From the IMG/VR virus record IMGVR_UViG_3300028048_000121, positions 1 to 64,000 of that record: a DNA stretch of 64,000 nt; one strand, written 5' to 3'. The position numbers and the translations under genes were made by a program. The notes under the pieces were generated by a model. That model ran no database searches. It saw nothing but the letters and a program-made list of their open reading frames with translations, and was not told the origin of the DNA. Shown here in pieces: positions 1 to 9,277 of this stretch; position 1 is the first letter of the stretch; each line of letters opens with the position of its first letter. The DNA is from a virus (taxonomy: Duplodnaviria > Caudoviricetes).

Positions 1-37
1 TCCCTGGCTATTATCCTATATTTAATTATATTATATA

Positions 38-394
38 TTACTTCAGTTCTTTAAGAAAAGCATTAATAATATCTTCATCACTTTTGTCAATAGAAAGAGA
101 ACCAGTAATTGTCTTATTCCTATCTAGCTTTTTAAGAACATCATAACCAGTCTTAAGGTCCTTTTCCATTGATTTAAGCATTTCAACAATGTCTTTTACA
201 GAGAAGTCCTTTACAAACCCCTCACCAAGAACAAGAGAAAGATATTCAATAATCTCCGCGGCGAGTTCTTCACGAGTATCATTAAGATCCTCTTCTGCAT
301 TATATCTTTTTAATGCGGCTCTCAACTCTTCCTGGAATTTATCTTCAAGTTCATCTGCTGAGGTACCAGCCTTTAGTGCTTCATATAGATCCAT
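38..394 (-). CDS. hypothetical acidic protein
   Basis: 118-aa ORF, AAGGAG SD, upstream TTGAAA/TATAAT promoter. Confidence 0.7.
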   Translation of the reverse strand: MDLYEALKAGTSADELEDKFQEELRAALKRYNAEEDLNDTREELAAEIIEYLSLVLGEGFVKDFSVKDIVEMLKSMEKDLKTGYDVLKKLDRNKTITGSLSIDKSDEDIINAFLKELK

Positions 395-527
395 ATAATT
401 TTCTCCTTTATTATTTTCTATATATATTATAACAAAAATTTTTTAAGTTTTCAAGTGGTGGCGGTCAGTAAGATAGGTTTTTTTTATATTATATCATAAA
501 TTTTTTAATTTGTCAAGCTGAGGATCG

Positions 528-572
528 GGCGGCAGCGGCCATATGAGAGATGGGATGAGTGCCGCTGCCGCC
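528..572. repeat. GC-rich 12-bp inverted repeat GGCGGCAGCGGC/GCCGCTGCCGCC
   Basis: Perfect arms at 528-539 and 561-572 in an AT-rich context. Confidence 0.75.
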
Positions 573-767
573 TTGATGAATTTTGGGAATCTAGGGAACG
601 GGTTCGAAAAAGCCAAGGTTCTGGAAAAAAAGCCCATATAGGACTGGAAGGGGAGAAGCGGGCCTGGGCGGTGGCCCGCGGCCCGACAAAATTTGGAACC
701 TATAACCCTTTATTATACCATAACCCGCAATGTTTTGTCAATAGGTTTTTGAAAATAAAAAAGAGGA

Positions 768-932
768 TTATTCATCCTCTTCATCATCACCAATGGGATT
801 TACATCAACATCATAATTAAAATGAGTATCAGTATCACAATTAAAAAGCTTTTCTGCTTGTTCAATTGCATCCCATTTATTAACAGCATCATCAATAGTA
901 TAATTAATAAGAAAAGTTACATCATATTTCAT
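768..932 (-). CDS. small acidic protein (54 aa, not in ORF track)
   Basis: ATG..TAA with AAGGAG SD and its own TTGACA/TATAAT promoter at ~962-990. Confidence 0.6.
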   Translation of the reverse strand: MKYDVTFLINYTIDDAVNKWDAIEQAEKLFNCDTDTHFNYDVDVNPIGDDEEDE

Positions 933-1105
933 TTGTTTATCTCCTTTTTTTTGATGATTTAATTATAACTGATTTAAAATTATTTGTCAAGAACTTTCTT
1001 TAAAAAATCATAAAGAATGTTTCCCACGAAAGTGCCAACAAAAACATAACTAAGAATTTCTAATGTTGTCATATTATTTTATCCTTTCTGGAGATGGAAG
1101 AAGAT

Positions 1106-1288
1106 TTATTCTTCTTCCATCTCAAAACCGCAAATGGGGCAAAGACATCCGTACAATTCTACATCAGACCAGTCACATTCATAGATAGGCTCACCGCACT
1201 CGGGACAATGATAAAATCTTTCATCCCAATCTACAAGACAACCATAAGCCTGTTCGGCAATTTCAGCATTAAATTCCCATGTCTTCAT
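1106..1288 (-). CDS. small zinc-ribbon protein
   Basis: CPECG...CPICG motifs, SD and own promoter. Confidence 0.7.
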   Translation of the reverse strand: MKTWEFNAEIAEQAYGCLVDWDERFYHCPECGEPIYECDWSDVELYGCLCPICGFEMEEE

Positions 1289-1331
1289 ATTTTTATTTTC
1301 CTTTCTCTTTTGATGATTTAATTATATCAAA

Positions 1332-1583
1332 TTAAGATTGAGATGTCAAGTATATTTCTTCAAAAAAATCACATGCCCATCTTGCTAACTGGAAAGCATG
1401 GAAAGGAAAAGTTAATTTTGATGCACATTCATAAATCCAAGAAATAATCTGAGATTCCGGCTGAATCCACTCACACAAGAGGAAATCAGAAAAGAAGAAA
1501 ACACTGTCGGGATGTTTAGTAGATGCGCCCCAAAGCTCAAGAATGGTTTCTTTATCGGAAAGCCTGGAATAAAGTTTATACAT
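1332..1583 (-). CDS. hypothetical protein
   Basis: 83-aa ORF with GGAGG SD. Confidence 0.55.
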   Translation of the reverse strand: MYKLYSRLSDKETILELWGASTKHPDSVFFFSDFLLCEWIQPESQIISWIYECASKLTFPFHAFQLARWACDFFEEIYLTSQS

Positions 1584-1585
1584 TT

Positions 1586-1792
1586 TTAATCCTCCTCTTC
1601 CTCGGTGAGTTCACCAAACATTGTGCAAGTACAATTCCATCTTTCTGTATCTTCAGCAATTGCTTTAAAAATGGCATCTTTACAAAAATCAAATAACCAG
1701 TCTTCCCAGACGGCATAGTCTCCATGCTTAACAAGATATGTATCCATCTGCCTAAGAAAGTCAATTCTCAGTTCAACCATGTTTTTATTCAT
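1586..1792 (-). CDS. hypothetical protein
   Basis: 68-aa ORF with SD and own promoter. Confidence 0.65.
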   Translation of the reverse strand: MNKNMVELRIDFLRQMDTYLVKHGDYAVWEDWLFDFCKDAIFKAIAEDTERWNCTCTMFGELTEEEED

Positions 1793-1846
1793 CTTTTTTC
1801 TTCCTTTCTTTTGATGATTTAATTATATCAGATGGGGAAGCGTTTG

Positions 1847-2332
1847 TCAATACATTTCCCATCCGTTAATATCACCAAATTTATCCAATGCTTTATAGAT
1901 TCTTTTGGTCATTTTTTTACACCAATGCGGGTAATCTTTCATAAAATCTATCGCCCACTGAGTAGCAATGATTTCGGAAGGAAGAGAAAAATAAGCTTCA
2001 TTTTTTCTATTGTCAGATTCTTCAGAAAATTTTAAAACCTGTCGGCACAAAATTTCATATTCTAAATCTTCATCTGTTAAACTTTTCATTGTGTAATGAT
2101 GTCCAATTTCATGAAGAAGGGAAAACAGAAAATAATCTCTTTCTGTAACTGTAAAATCAAGAAAATCTGAAATCCACTGTCTATGAAAATCATCAACAGA
2201 ACAAGTAAAAGGCGTAAAATAAACTGTGCAGGTCTCAAGGTCATAAGAAAAATCATCACCTAAAACCACTCTTACATCAAAGTTTTCAAGGACTTTAGCA
2301 ATTACGTTTCTAAATTTTCTTTTACCTTTCAT
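1847..2332 (-). CDS. HExxH zinc-metallopeptidase-like protein
   Basis: LLHEIGHH motif with a downstream E (PSEIIA). Confidence 0.6.
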   Translation of the reverse strand: MKGKRKFRNVIAKVLENFDVRVVLGDDFSYDLETCTVYFTPFTCSVDDFHRQWISDFLDFTVTERDYFLFSLLHEIGHHYTMKSLTDEDLEYEILCRQVLKFSEESDNRKNEAYFSLPSEIIATQWAIDFMKDYPHWCKKMTKRIYKALDKFGDINGWEMY

Positions 2333-2439
2333 GTTATTTCCTCTCTTTCTTTCTATAAAAATTATAATATATTTTTTAGGAAAATGTCAACAAGAAAAAT
2401 TAAACAAAAATCTGCTGAAAATTTGTGCAGAATACATAT

Positions 2440-2527
2440 TGACTTGGAACTCGGGCCCGCGCTGGTTGTGCGCGGGCCGCCCATTATACCATAAAAATTT
2501 AGGGTTGTCAATAGTAAAAATGCACAA
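2440..2527 (-). repeat. operator/promoter/GC-hairpin element (inverted copy)
   Basis: On minus strand: TTGTGCA, TTGACA-N17-TATAAT, then GGCCCGCGC..GCGCGGGCC hairpin. Confidence 0.6.
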
Positions 2528-2587
2528 AAAAAATGGCTTTTTGTCATGTTTTTTGACAAAAAACCATTTGAAAAGTTGTCAGACTAT

Positions 2588-2980
2588 TCACTTTTTGGGC
2601 GGACGCTGTTTGATTAAATCCAGCTTATAGTGATTTCCGCCAACATTAAACTCAATAATCTTGCTTTTGTTGGTAATTTCCGTTTCAAAACCCTCAGTTT
2701 TCAGACAATTTGCAAGAATTTCGATGAGTTTTTCCTTTTCTTCATCGGGTTTCCGCTCTTTTTTGACAGTTTTTCGGGGCTTGTCTGATTTGGCTTCGTG
2801 GTTGATTTTATTTTCTTTAGCCTTTTTAGTAAGCTCTTCCACGATTTCATTTTCAAGATACCCTTCGTCCTCAAGCCAAACCTTAATTGCTTCATCCTTC
2901 GGAAGCTGAAGGGATTCCATGTATTCCTTAATGTCAGAGTCGGGGATGCGAATGTTTTTACCGTTCAGATTGTAAGTCAT
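2588..2980 (-). CDS. early protein, paralog family B
   Basis: Shares SDKPRK..KKERK.DE.K and Y.L.LIK.R with 6198..6530. Confidence 0.75.
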   Translation of the reverse strand: MTYNLNGKNIRIPDSDIKEYMESLQLPKDEAIKVWLEDEGYLENEIVEELTKKAKENKINHEAKSDKPRKTVKKERKPDEEKEKLIEILANCLKTEGFETEITNKSKIIEFNVGGNHYKLDLIKQRPPKK

Positions 2981-3075
2981 GTGTTTTACCTCTTTTCTTT
3001 TGATGGTTTAATTATACCACATCCCTTATCTTTTGTCAAGAGGGGAAGAAAATTTTCTTCCCCTCTTTTTCAAAG

Positions 3076-3429
3076 TCATGCCTTGATGGAGAAGTAGGGA
3101 ACCTTCTTCACATATTCCTTGACAAGGATTTCACCTTTCACAAGGTCAGTAAGCAGATGCGTGATACGCTGATTCGTCAGACCGCCAATAGACGGGATTT
3201 CTGCCTGAAGCTCCTTAATGCACTTCGGGGCATCCGCATCGGTGAGGAAAGCGATAATGTCAGCCTTGAAACCCTCATTGTCAATCTGAGTCTGAGTCGG
3301 CTTCTTTGCGGAAGTGCGCTTCTTGTCCAGAAGAGCAATTTCCTTATCAATGAAAGCAACCATGTCGGCATTGTCAGCAACGATAGAACGGATAGCAGTG
3401 AACATCTCTCTCTTAGTCATACTTAGCAC
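3076..3429 (-). CDS. winged-helix-like DNA-binding protein, paralog family A (start may be 3420)
   Basis: MTKREM..VAFID.E..LLD...KPT.TQ..NE...LTNQR.TH.LTDL shared with 4784 and 7126 genes. Confidence 0.75.
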   Translation of the reverse strand: MLSMTKREMFTAIRSIVADNADMVAFIDKEIALLDKKRTSAKKPTQTQIDNEGFKADIIAFLTDADAPKCIKELQAEIPSIGGLTNQRITHLLTDLVKGEILVKEYVKKVPYFSIKA

Positions 3430-3630
3430 CTCTTTCTTTTGTTTGTTTTTTTTTATCTTACATATTTATTATATCACAAGGCTTTTGTTTTGTCAAGAAC
3501 TTTTTTAACTTTTTTAACTTTTTTAAAAGTTTTTTGTGGTTGACTTCTTTGACTTTCCTTACCTTGTATATAAATTATATCAAATTTTTTTTAAAATGTC
3601 AAGAAGTTTTTTTGGTAGAGATTGTATACA

Positions 3631-4323
3631 TTATGTATACAATCTCTTTTCCATTTTCTTGTGCTGTCTCAGACAGTGAGCAAAAATTACAGTTTCAATC
3701 AATACATCTTCTAGACCTGTATGAGACTCATCGAAATCCTCAATACCTGAGATGTATCTATAAAGAATTTCAGCAGTTAATCTACACTGAGGAGTTTTAT
3801 GCTTTGTCATGTATCCTTTTTCATTACAGAAGCGGATATATGATTTCTGCTTTCCAATGACCTGCCTGCTCATTTTTAGCGTATCCCAAATTTCAACAGA
3901 CTGCGGAAAGAAGAAACGAAACTTTGAATCACTAATGTATCTGATAGTGTTATTCAATGCTCTTACATCGAATCCAGCATTATGAGCGAATACATTTTTA
4001 ATTCCATATTCTTTTAAGTCATCCTTAAAAGCTTTCCAAGCTGTCCAGATGCTTACAAGCTTGCGCTGTCCAGACTGAATCTCATTCCAATAGTTCGGAA
4101 TCTTTTCCGCATAATATGCGGATGTCATAACATCCTTCATCCCTACAAAAGTTTCATAAAGGACGAATGAACGAGTTTTGTATACATTACCACGCTTGTC
4201 ACAGATTGCCCATCCGATGTCATATACAAGCGACTGTGACAAATCAAGCTTGTCATCTTTTGTGACAATACCGTTGCAGGTTTCAGTATCCAGACCCATA
4301 TAGTACTTTCTTCTCTTGTCCAT
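3631..4323 (-). CDS. DEDDh 3'-5' exonuclease (DnaQ-like)
   Basis: LDTET, AHNAGFD and HTGLED motifs. Confidence 0.85.
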   Translation of the reverse strand: MDKRRKYYMGLDTETCNGIVTKDDKLDLSQSLVYDIGWAICDKRGNVYKTRSFVLYETFVGMKDVMTSAYYAEKIPNYWNEIQSGQRKLVSIWTAWKAFKDDLKEYGIKNVFAHNAGFDVRALNNTIRYISDSKFRFFFPQSVEIWDTLKMSRQVIGKQKSYIRFCNEKGYMTKHKTPQCRLTAEILYRYISGIEDFDESHTGLEDVLIETVIFAHCLRQHKKMEKRLYT

Positions 4324-4483
4324 TGGTGTTTTCCTCTTTTCTTGTTTTCTATGTCTTTATTATATCATGGGTTTTAGTGTTTGTCAAGAGTTTTTTTTAT
4401 TTTTTTTGAAGTGTTTTTGCTCTCTGTTCCCTTGACAAGTATAATTATAGCAGATGGGGGAAGGGTTTGCAATATCGGAATGT

Positions 4484-4606
4484 TGCACAAATTTTGGGAT
4501 TTTTTTGGCTTAAAATTTGTGCAAATTTTCTCTTGACAAAAAGTGCGGCGGTGTGGTATAATGGAATTTCGGCGCTTTTGCGCGCAAAAGCGCCCCGACA
4601 AAAAAG
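4484..4606 (+). repeat. operator/promoter/GC-hairpin element
   Basis: TGCACAA..TTGTGCA, TTGACA-N18-TATAAT, perfect palindrome GGCGCTTTTGCGCGCAAAAGCGCC. Confidence 0.7.
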
Positions 4607-4625
4607 CATCCCCCGAAGGGGATGC
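4600..4625 (-). terminator. intrinsic terminator downstream of the tRNA-like gene
   Basis: GCATCCCC-TTCG-GGGGATGC followed by a T-run on the minus strand. Confidence 0.75.
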
Positions 4626-4658
4626 CCAAGAAAGGAGGAACGAATATTGTCAGTAGAG

Positions 4659-4742
4659 TGGACAGCTGAGGATTCGAACCTCAGATTTGCAGGCAAGGGC
4701 TAGCACCTTGTTGACCGCCGTCTCCCATTGAACTACTGCCCC
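4659..4742 (-). tRNA. atypical tRNA-like gene with a CUA-centred 7-nt loop (possible amber suppressor or degenerate tRNA)
   Basis: TAGTTCAATGG D-arm start; canonical T-arm TGAGG-TTCGAAT-CCTCA; acceptor-like GGGCAG/CTGTCC; elongated anticodon arm ending CAAGG-TGCTAGC-CCTTG; no CCA. Confidence 0.55.
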
Positions 4743-4783
4743 ATAATAGTGCGGTTTTAAGGGATGACCGCAAACCCTTAACC

Positions 4784-5152
4784 TTACTCCTCAGTGTCCT
4801 CAGAGCCGAGGGAGAAGTAAGCGACCTTTTTGATGTAGGTACGCTTGACCTCACCGTTCTTGCGAAGGTCAGTCAGCATATGGGTTACACGCTGATTGGT
4901 CAGACCTGCGATTGCAGGGCAAACCTCGGCAAGACCCTTGATGGTCACAGGCTCGTCAACCTCGGTCAGTGCGGCAAGAATGTTAGCCTTATAGTTTTCA
5001 TTTTCAACCTGAGTCTTAGTGGGCTTACGAGAACCAGACTTCTTCTTGTCAAGAAGCTCTACCTCATGGTCAATGAAAGCGACCATCTCAGCGTTGTCAG
5101 CAACAATCTTACGAATCTCAGCATACATCTCTCTCTTAGTCATAATCAGCAC
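4784..5152 (-). CDS. winged-helix-like protein, paralog family A
   Basis: High similarity to the 3076 and 7126 ORFs. Confidence 0.75.
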   Translation of the reverse strand: MLIMTKREMYAEIRKIVADNAEMVAFIDHEVELLDKKKSGSRKPTKTQVENENYKANILAALTEVDEPVTIKGLAEVCPAIAGLTNQRVTHMLTDLRKNGEVKRTYIKKVAYFSLGSEDTEE

Positions 5153-5313
5153 CTCTTTCTAAAATTTGTTTTTTGTTTTCTTTGTATCTTTATTATACTT
5201 TATTTTTTTAAGTTTGTCAAGAGTTTTTTAAATTAATTTTTTAATGAGTTGTTTCGGCGGGTCTCTCATGATTTTTACCTCTTTCCTTTTGTACCTTTAT
5301 TATATCATGTATT

Positions 5314-5523
5314 TTATTCTTTGTCAATATATATTTCAACAAGTTTCTTAGTAATGTCTTTCATCAAGACAGGCATGAAAGAAGAGTTTTCTATATCTTT
5401 ATAAGAAATATCATAATCATAATTCACTCTATCCTCAACACCACCAATGATGTCATCAATAAAATCATCTATATCAATATGAAGGGTTCCAATTTTTGTA
5501 AGCGTATAATATCTTTTATCCAT
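5314..5523 (-). CDS. hypothetical protein
   Basis: ATG after AAGGAAG SD, own promoter. Confidence 0.6.
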   Translation of the reverse strand: MDKRYYTLTKIGTLHIDIDDFIDDIIGGVEDRVNYDYDISYKDIENSSFMPVLMKDITKKLVEIYIDKE

Positions 5524-5712
5524 TTTTTTCTTCCTTTCTTTCTTTTGTACCTTTATTATATCATAGCTTTTTTTATTTGTCAAGGTTTTTTTAAAGATTT
5601 TTTTCAGATAATCAGAAGGCGCGAAGCTCTGCCAACTACCTTATTTTTTCTTTTTCTCTTACCTTGTAAATACATTATAACAAAAGTTTTTTAAAAAATC
5701 AAGAGGTGATTT

Positions 5713-5836
5713 TGCACTAATTTTGGGATAAATGTTTGTGCAAGTTTTTTGCGGTTTTTGCTTGACAAAATGTGCGGGATGTGGTATAATGGAAATTTCG
5801 CGCTGAGCCGATGGTCAGCGCGGCGACGAAAAAAAA
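5713..5836 (+). repeat. operator/promoter/GC-hairpin element
   Basis: TGCACTAA..TTGTGCA, TTGACA-N17-TATAAT, CGCGCTGA..TCAGCGCG hairpin, A-run. Confidence 0.7.
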
Positions 5837-5844
5837 GCGGATGA

Positions 5845-6132
5845 TTAACAATCATCCGTAAAGCAACCCATGTAGGGGTCAAAACCGCAGTCATCATCAA
5901 TGTTCGCAGGTTCATAGTCTTCGTCCTCATCATCATCAGACCCAAAGACATCGTCCTGACACTTGAGGCAGATGCCAGAAATGAGAATCTCACGCTCAGA
6001 AGCGTCAAGATAAGGGAAGCAGTTCTGAACAAGTTCGCCAGAACCCCAAGCGAGGTAATCTTCCTCATTTACACCAACAACAGAAACATGACCACAGAAC
6101 GGGCAACGGACTTCGATAGTAATCTTCTTCAT
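5845..6132 (-). CDS. zinc-ribbon protein with acidic tail
   Basis: CPFCG...CLKC and D/E-rich C-terminus. Confidence 0.7.
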   Translation of the reverse strand: MKKITIEVRCPFCGHVSVVGVNEEDYLAWGSGELVQNCFPYLDASEREILISGICLKCQDDVFGSDDDEDEDYEPANIDDDCGFDPYMGCFTDDC

Positions 6133-6197
6133 TTTATTTTTTCCTTTCTTTCTTTGATGATTTAAGTATAACATAAGGGGTTGATTTTGTCAACCAT

Positions 6198-6530
6198 TTA
6201 TTTATCTTTTTTGCGATGTTTAATAAGTTTCAAACTGTATTCCTCACCATCAAGGGAGAACGTAAGTTCAGTTTCTGTCTTGATTCCAAGGGTTTTTGCT
6301 CCCATTCCTTCAAACAGAACTTTGCAACAGTAGAGAAGATGTCTCTTTTTCTCGTCAACCTTGCGCTCTTTTTTGGCGGGCTTGCGCGGTTTATCAGAGG
6401 TTTCATAACGCTTGATGCCGCTTGCTTTAATTTCCATTTCCGCCATCTCTTCAGCTTCTTCTCTTGTAACAGGCTCTCCATCCTGTTCACACTCTTTCAT
6501 GATTCTTGCGATGAGTTTTTCTTTATCCAT
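6198..6530 (-). CDS. early protein, paralog family B
   Basis: Similar to 2588..2980; AAGGAG SD. Confidence 0.75.
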   Translation of the reverse strand: MDKEKLIARIMKECEQDGEPVTREEAEEMAEMEIKASGIKRYETSDKPRKPAKKERKVDEKKRHLLYCCKVLFEGMGAKTLGIKTETELTFSLDGEEYSLKLIKHRKKDK

Positions 6531-6589
6531 GTTTATCTCTCCTTTCTGAAATCATTATAGCATGAACAGGATGTTTTGTCAAGAGTTTT

Positions 6590-6898
6590 TTAAAAATTCA
6601 TAATGCAATTTTCAATTTTGTATTCTCTATACCAAGAAACAAGATTCATAATCGCATCTTCAACGGTGAGCCTGGTAACATCATCTCCATCCCAAGGACA
6701 TCCCATAGATTCAACATCCCCATATTCATGTCCATAAGAAAAGTAGTGGCAAACAAAATCGCCATTATTCCAAGGAAAACGAATCTGTAAACCATCATGA
6801 ATAGTATTAATAGTATGAGGAATTTTTTCTGAAGTGCAGAGATTGGCAAGTGCAAGAATCGGCTTAGCATAGTCGGGATTAATCATCATTTTTTCCAT
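6590..6898 (-). CDS. hypothetical protein
   Basis: 102-aa ORF with SD and own promoter. Confidence 0.7.
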   Translation of the reverse strand: MEKMMINPDYAKPILALANLCTSEKIPHTINTIHDGLQIRFPWNNGDFVCHYFSYGHEYGDVESMGCPWDGDDVTRLTVEDAIMNLVSWYREYKIENCIMNF

Positions 6899-6960
6899 TT
6901 TTATTTTCCTCTCTTTTTCTTTTGTAACTTAATTATAACAAATAAATATTTGTTTGTCAA

Positions 6961-7075
6961 GTACAAATTTTGGGATTAAAAACATTAAAAATTTGTGCAA
7001 ATTTCCTATTGACAAAAATGGGCGAGGTATGTTATAATGGAGTTTCGGCGCGAGGCGAACCATCGCGCGCCGACA
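6961..7075 (+). repeat. operator/promoter/GC-hairpin element
   Basis: GTACAAA..TTGTGCA, TTGACA..TATAAT, TCGGCGCG..CGCGCCGA hairpin; terminator AAAGACAGCTAC..GTAGCTGTCTTT follows. Confidence 0.7.
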
Positions 7076-7125
7076 AACAAAAAAAAAAGACAGCTACCTT
7101 TTAGTAGCTGTCTTTACTTAGCCGC

Positions 7126-7470
7126 TCAAGCGGCAATGGAGAAGTAAGGAACCTTCTTTACATACTCCTTAACCACAACCTCTGCCTTGACCAAATCGGT
7201 CAGCAGGTGGGTGATGCGCTGATTCGTGAGGTCTGCCATCTCAGGCACCTCAGCCTGAATCTCCTTGATGCTCTTAGGAGCATCCACCGCAGTGAAGTAC
7301 GCCATCAGCGTAGCCTTGAAGCCCTCATTCTGAATCTGGGTTTTGGTAGGCTTTTTAGAAGCACTGCGCTTGTTGTCGAGGAGTTCCACCTCATGGTCAA
7401 TAAAAGCAACCATGTCGGCGTTATCAGCAACTGCCTTACGGATTTCTGCGAACATCTCTCTCTTAGTCAT
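7126..7470 (-). CDS. winged-helix-like protein, paralog family A
   Basis: High similarity to the 3076 and 4784 ORFs. Confidence 0.75.
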   Translation of the reverse strand: MTKREMFAEIRKAVADNADMVAFIDHEVELLDNKRSASKKPTKTQIQNEGFKATLMAYFTAVDAPKSIKEIQAEVPEMADLTNQRITHLLTDLVKAEVVVKEYVKKVPYFSIAA

Positions 7471-7868
7471 AATTCATACTTCCTTTCTTTTTTGGTTTTC
7501 TTTTGTTTTTGTACTTTTATTATATACTATATTTAATTGTTTGTCAAGAGTTTTTTTCAAGATTTTTATTTGTTGGGGAAGTGGAAGTTGTGTTTACCGC
7601 GGATACACATTTCTCACTTCAAGGACTTCATCTCTGTCATCCTCTTGACTTTTGTAACTTTATTATAGCAGATTTTTTAAAAATTGTCAAGGGGTTCTCA
7701 AAAGTTTTTGAAAAATTCTTTCGGTGTCCTCTCCTATTACCTACCTGTGCGTTGGTAATATACGTACCTATGTTTCAAGGCTCCCGACAAGTTTTCTTGT
7801 GATGGTCGTCACCGCCCCTTGACAATTATAATTATAGCAGATTATACCAAAAATACAAGTGGTAATGT

Positions 7869-7983
7869 TGCACAAAATATTAGGAAAAAATTTGTATAAT
7901 TTGCCGAGTAAAAATCACTTGACAAAATCTGTGCGGTATGGTATAATTGAAAATTCGGCGCCAGAGGAACGCTGGCGCCCCGC
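7869..7983 (+). repeat. operator/promoter/GC-hairpin element
   Basis: TGCACAA..TTGTATA, TTGACA..TGGTATAAT, GGCGCCAG..CTGGCGCC hairpin. Confidence 0.7.
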
Positions 7984-8052
7984 CATTTATCAAGAGGGAA
8001 ATTTCAGTTTTCAAATTTAAAAACCCCTTCTAAAAATCAGAAGGGATTTTAA

Positions 8053-8250
8053 TTATTTATTTCTAATTTTTGCCCAGACCTTTTCTCTGTGCTTTCTCAG
8101 CCTTTCGGAATCCTTCTCCGCATCCTCATCAAACTCGGTGAGAAAAGTGCGGGTAATGTGAGAATAAGCGGAGTTTCTTGCTTCAGCGTAACTGGTGGTA
8201 ACAAACTTAGAACCGTCTTTCCGCATCACTTCATAATTTACTAATCTCAT
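8053..8250 (-). CDS. hypothetical protein
   Basis: 65-aa ORF with SD and promoter. Confidence 0.65.
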   Translation of the reverse strand: MRLVNYEVMRKDGSKFVTTSYAEARNSAYSHITRTFLTEFDEDAEKDSERLRKHREKVWAKIRNK

Positions 8251-8319
8251 TTTTTATTTTTCCTTTCTCTCTTGATGATTTTATTATATCAGATGTTTTT
8301 AGATTTGTCAAGGGGATTT

Positions 8320-8760
8320 TTACATCCCCTTGAGAATTTCAATGATTGCATTTACATCAAATGCTTTTCCTGTCCAGTTGTTGCGGTTCTTTTCCTCATC
8401 ATCGAAAAGGATGTCATTTTCAGTTCTGGCGAACACCTGTTTGGGAGTTCCATATTTCACAATGTTGATTTCATCGAAGTGAACGCTTGCCAGATGCTTT
8501 TTAAGCCAATTCTTTTTTACTTCTGTGACAGCGTTGTTGTATTCCTCAGTTCCGCTCTTTGAAAGCCAAGAGATGATACCAATGCGATAGCCTTCTCTCT
8601 GAAGTCTGTTGAGAACCCTTGCAAGAGAGTTAAGCTTCAGAAGCGGTTTAGCGATTGCATAAGGAAGAGTATCAGAAGCGATGAGATAATCTAACCAGTT
8701 TTCTACTCCATAGAGGTCAGCGATTGTTCCATCCATATCGAAGAAGATTGTTGCTGTCAT
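8320..8760 (-). CDS. HAD-family phosphatase, 5'(3')-deoxyribonucleotidase-like
   Basis: FFDMDGTIADL motif I and LFDD motif IV. Confidence 0.8.
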   Translation of the reverse strand: MTATIFFDMDGTIADLYGVENWLDYLIASDTLPYAIAKPLLKLNSLARVLNRLQREGYRIGIISWLSKSGTEEYNNAVTEVKKNWLKKHLASVHFDEINIVKYGTPKQVFARTENDILFDDEEKNRNNWTGKAFDVNAIIEILKGM

Positions 8761-8789
8761 TTTTGTTTTCCCCTTTCCTTTTCTGTATC

Positions 8790-8975
8790 TTAATTATATC
8801 CCATCTCTTTCAATTTGTCAAGTGCTTTTTTCAATCTTTTTATATTTTTATATTTTCGGTTTTCTTCACACCAAGGACATCCGCCATGATTTCTACATGT
8901 TCTATCAATGGCTTTTCCGCCTGTATAGGGTTTTCTATGTTCTTTTCCATGCTGAATTGCTTTATCAAGTGCCAT
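8790..8975 (-). CDS. small basic Cys/His protein
   Basis: GKEHRKPY..CRNHGGCPWC..NR motif. Confidence 0.65.
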   Translation of the reverse strand: MALDKAIQHGKEHRKPYTGGKAIDRTCRNHGGCPWCEENRKYKNIKRLKKALDKLKEMGYN

Positions 8976-9052
8976 TGATTTTTTCTCCTTTCCTTTTGTA
9001 AATACATTATATCATTTTTTATTTTATTTGTCAATAGAAAAATAAAAAAGAC

Positions 9053-9259
9053 TTATTCAGTCTTTTTTACAAATCTATTATAATATCTTATCATAACGTC
9101 AATTTTTTCCCAGTCTCTTTTACTTAACACAAATTTTGCTTTACCTTCTCTTGTCTTTCTCCATCCAAAAAAACTGTTAAAAATATAACTTTTTCCTTCT
9201 GTGTAAGTCGATGTGATAACATATTCAAGAGTATCATTATCAATCCATTTTGTAATCAT
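9053..9259 (-). CDS. hypothetical protein
   Basis: 68-aa ORF with SD. Confidence 0.6.
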   Translation of the reverse strand: MITKWIDNDTLEYVITSTYTEGKSYIFNSFFGWRKTREGKAKFVLSKRDWEKIDVMIRYYNRFVKKTE

Positions 9260-9277
9260 TTTATTTATATCCTTTCT

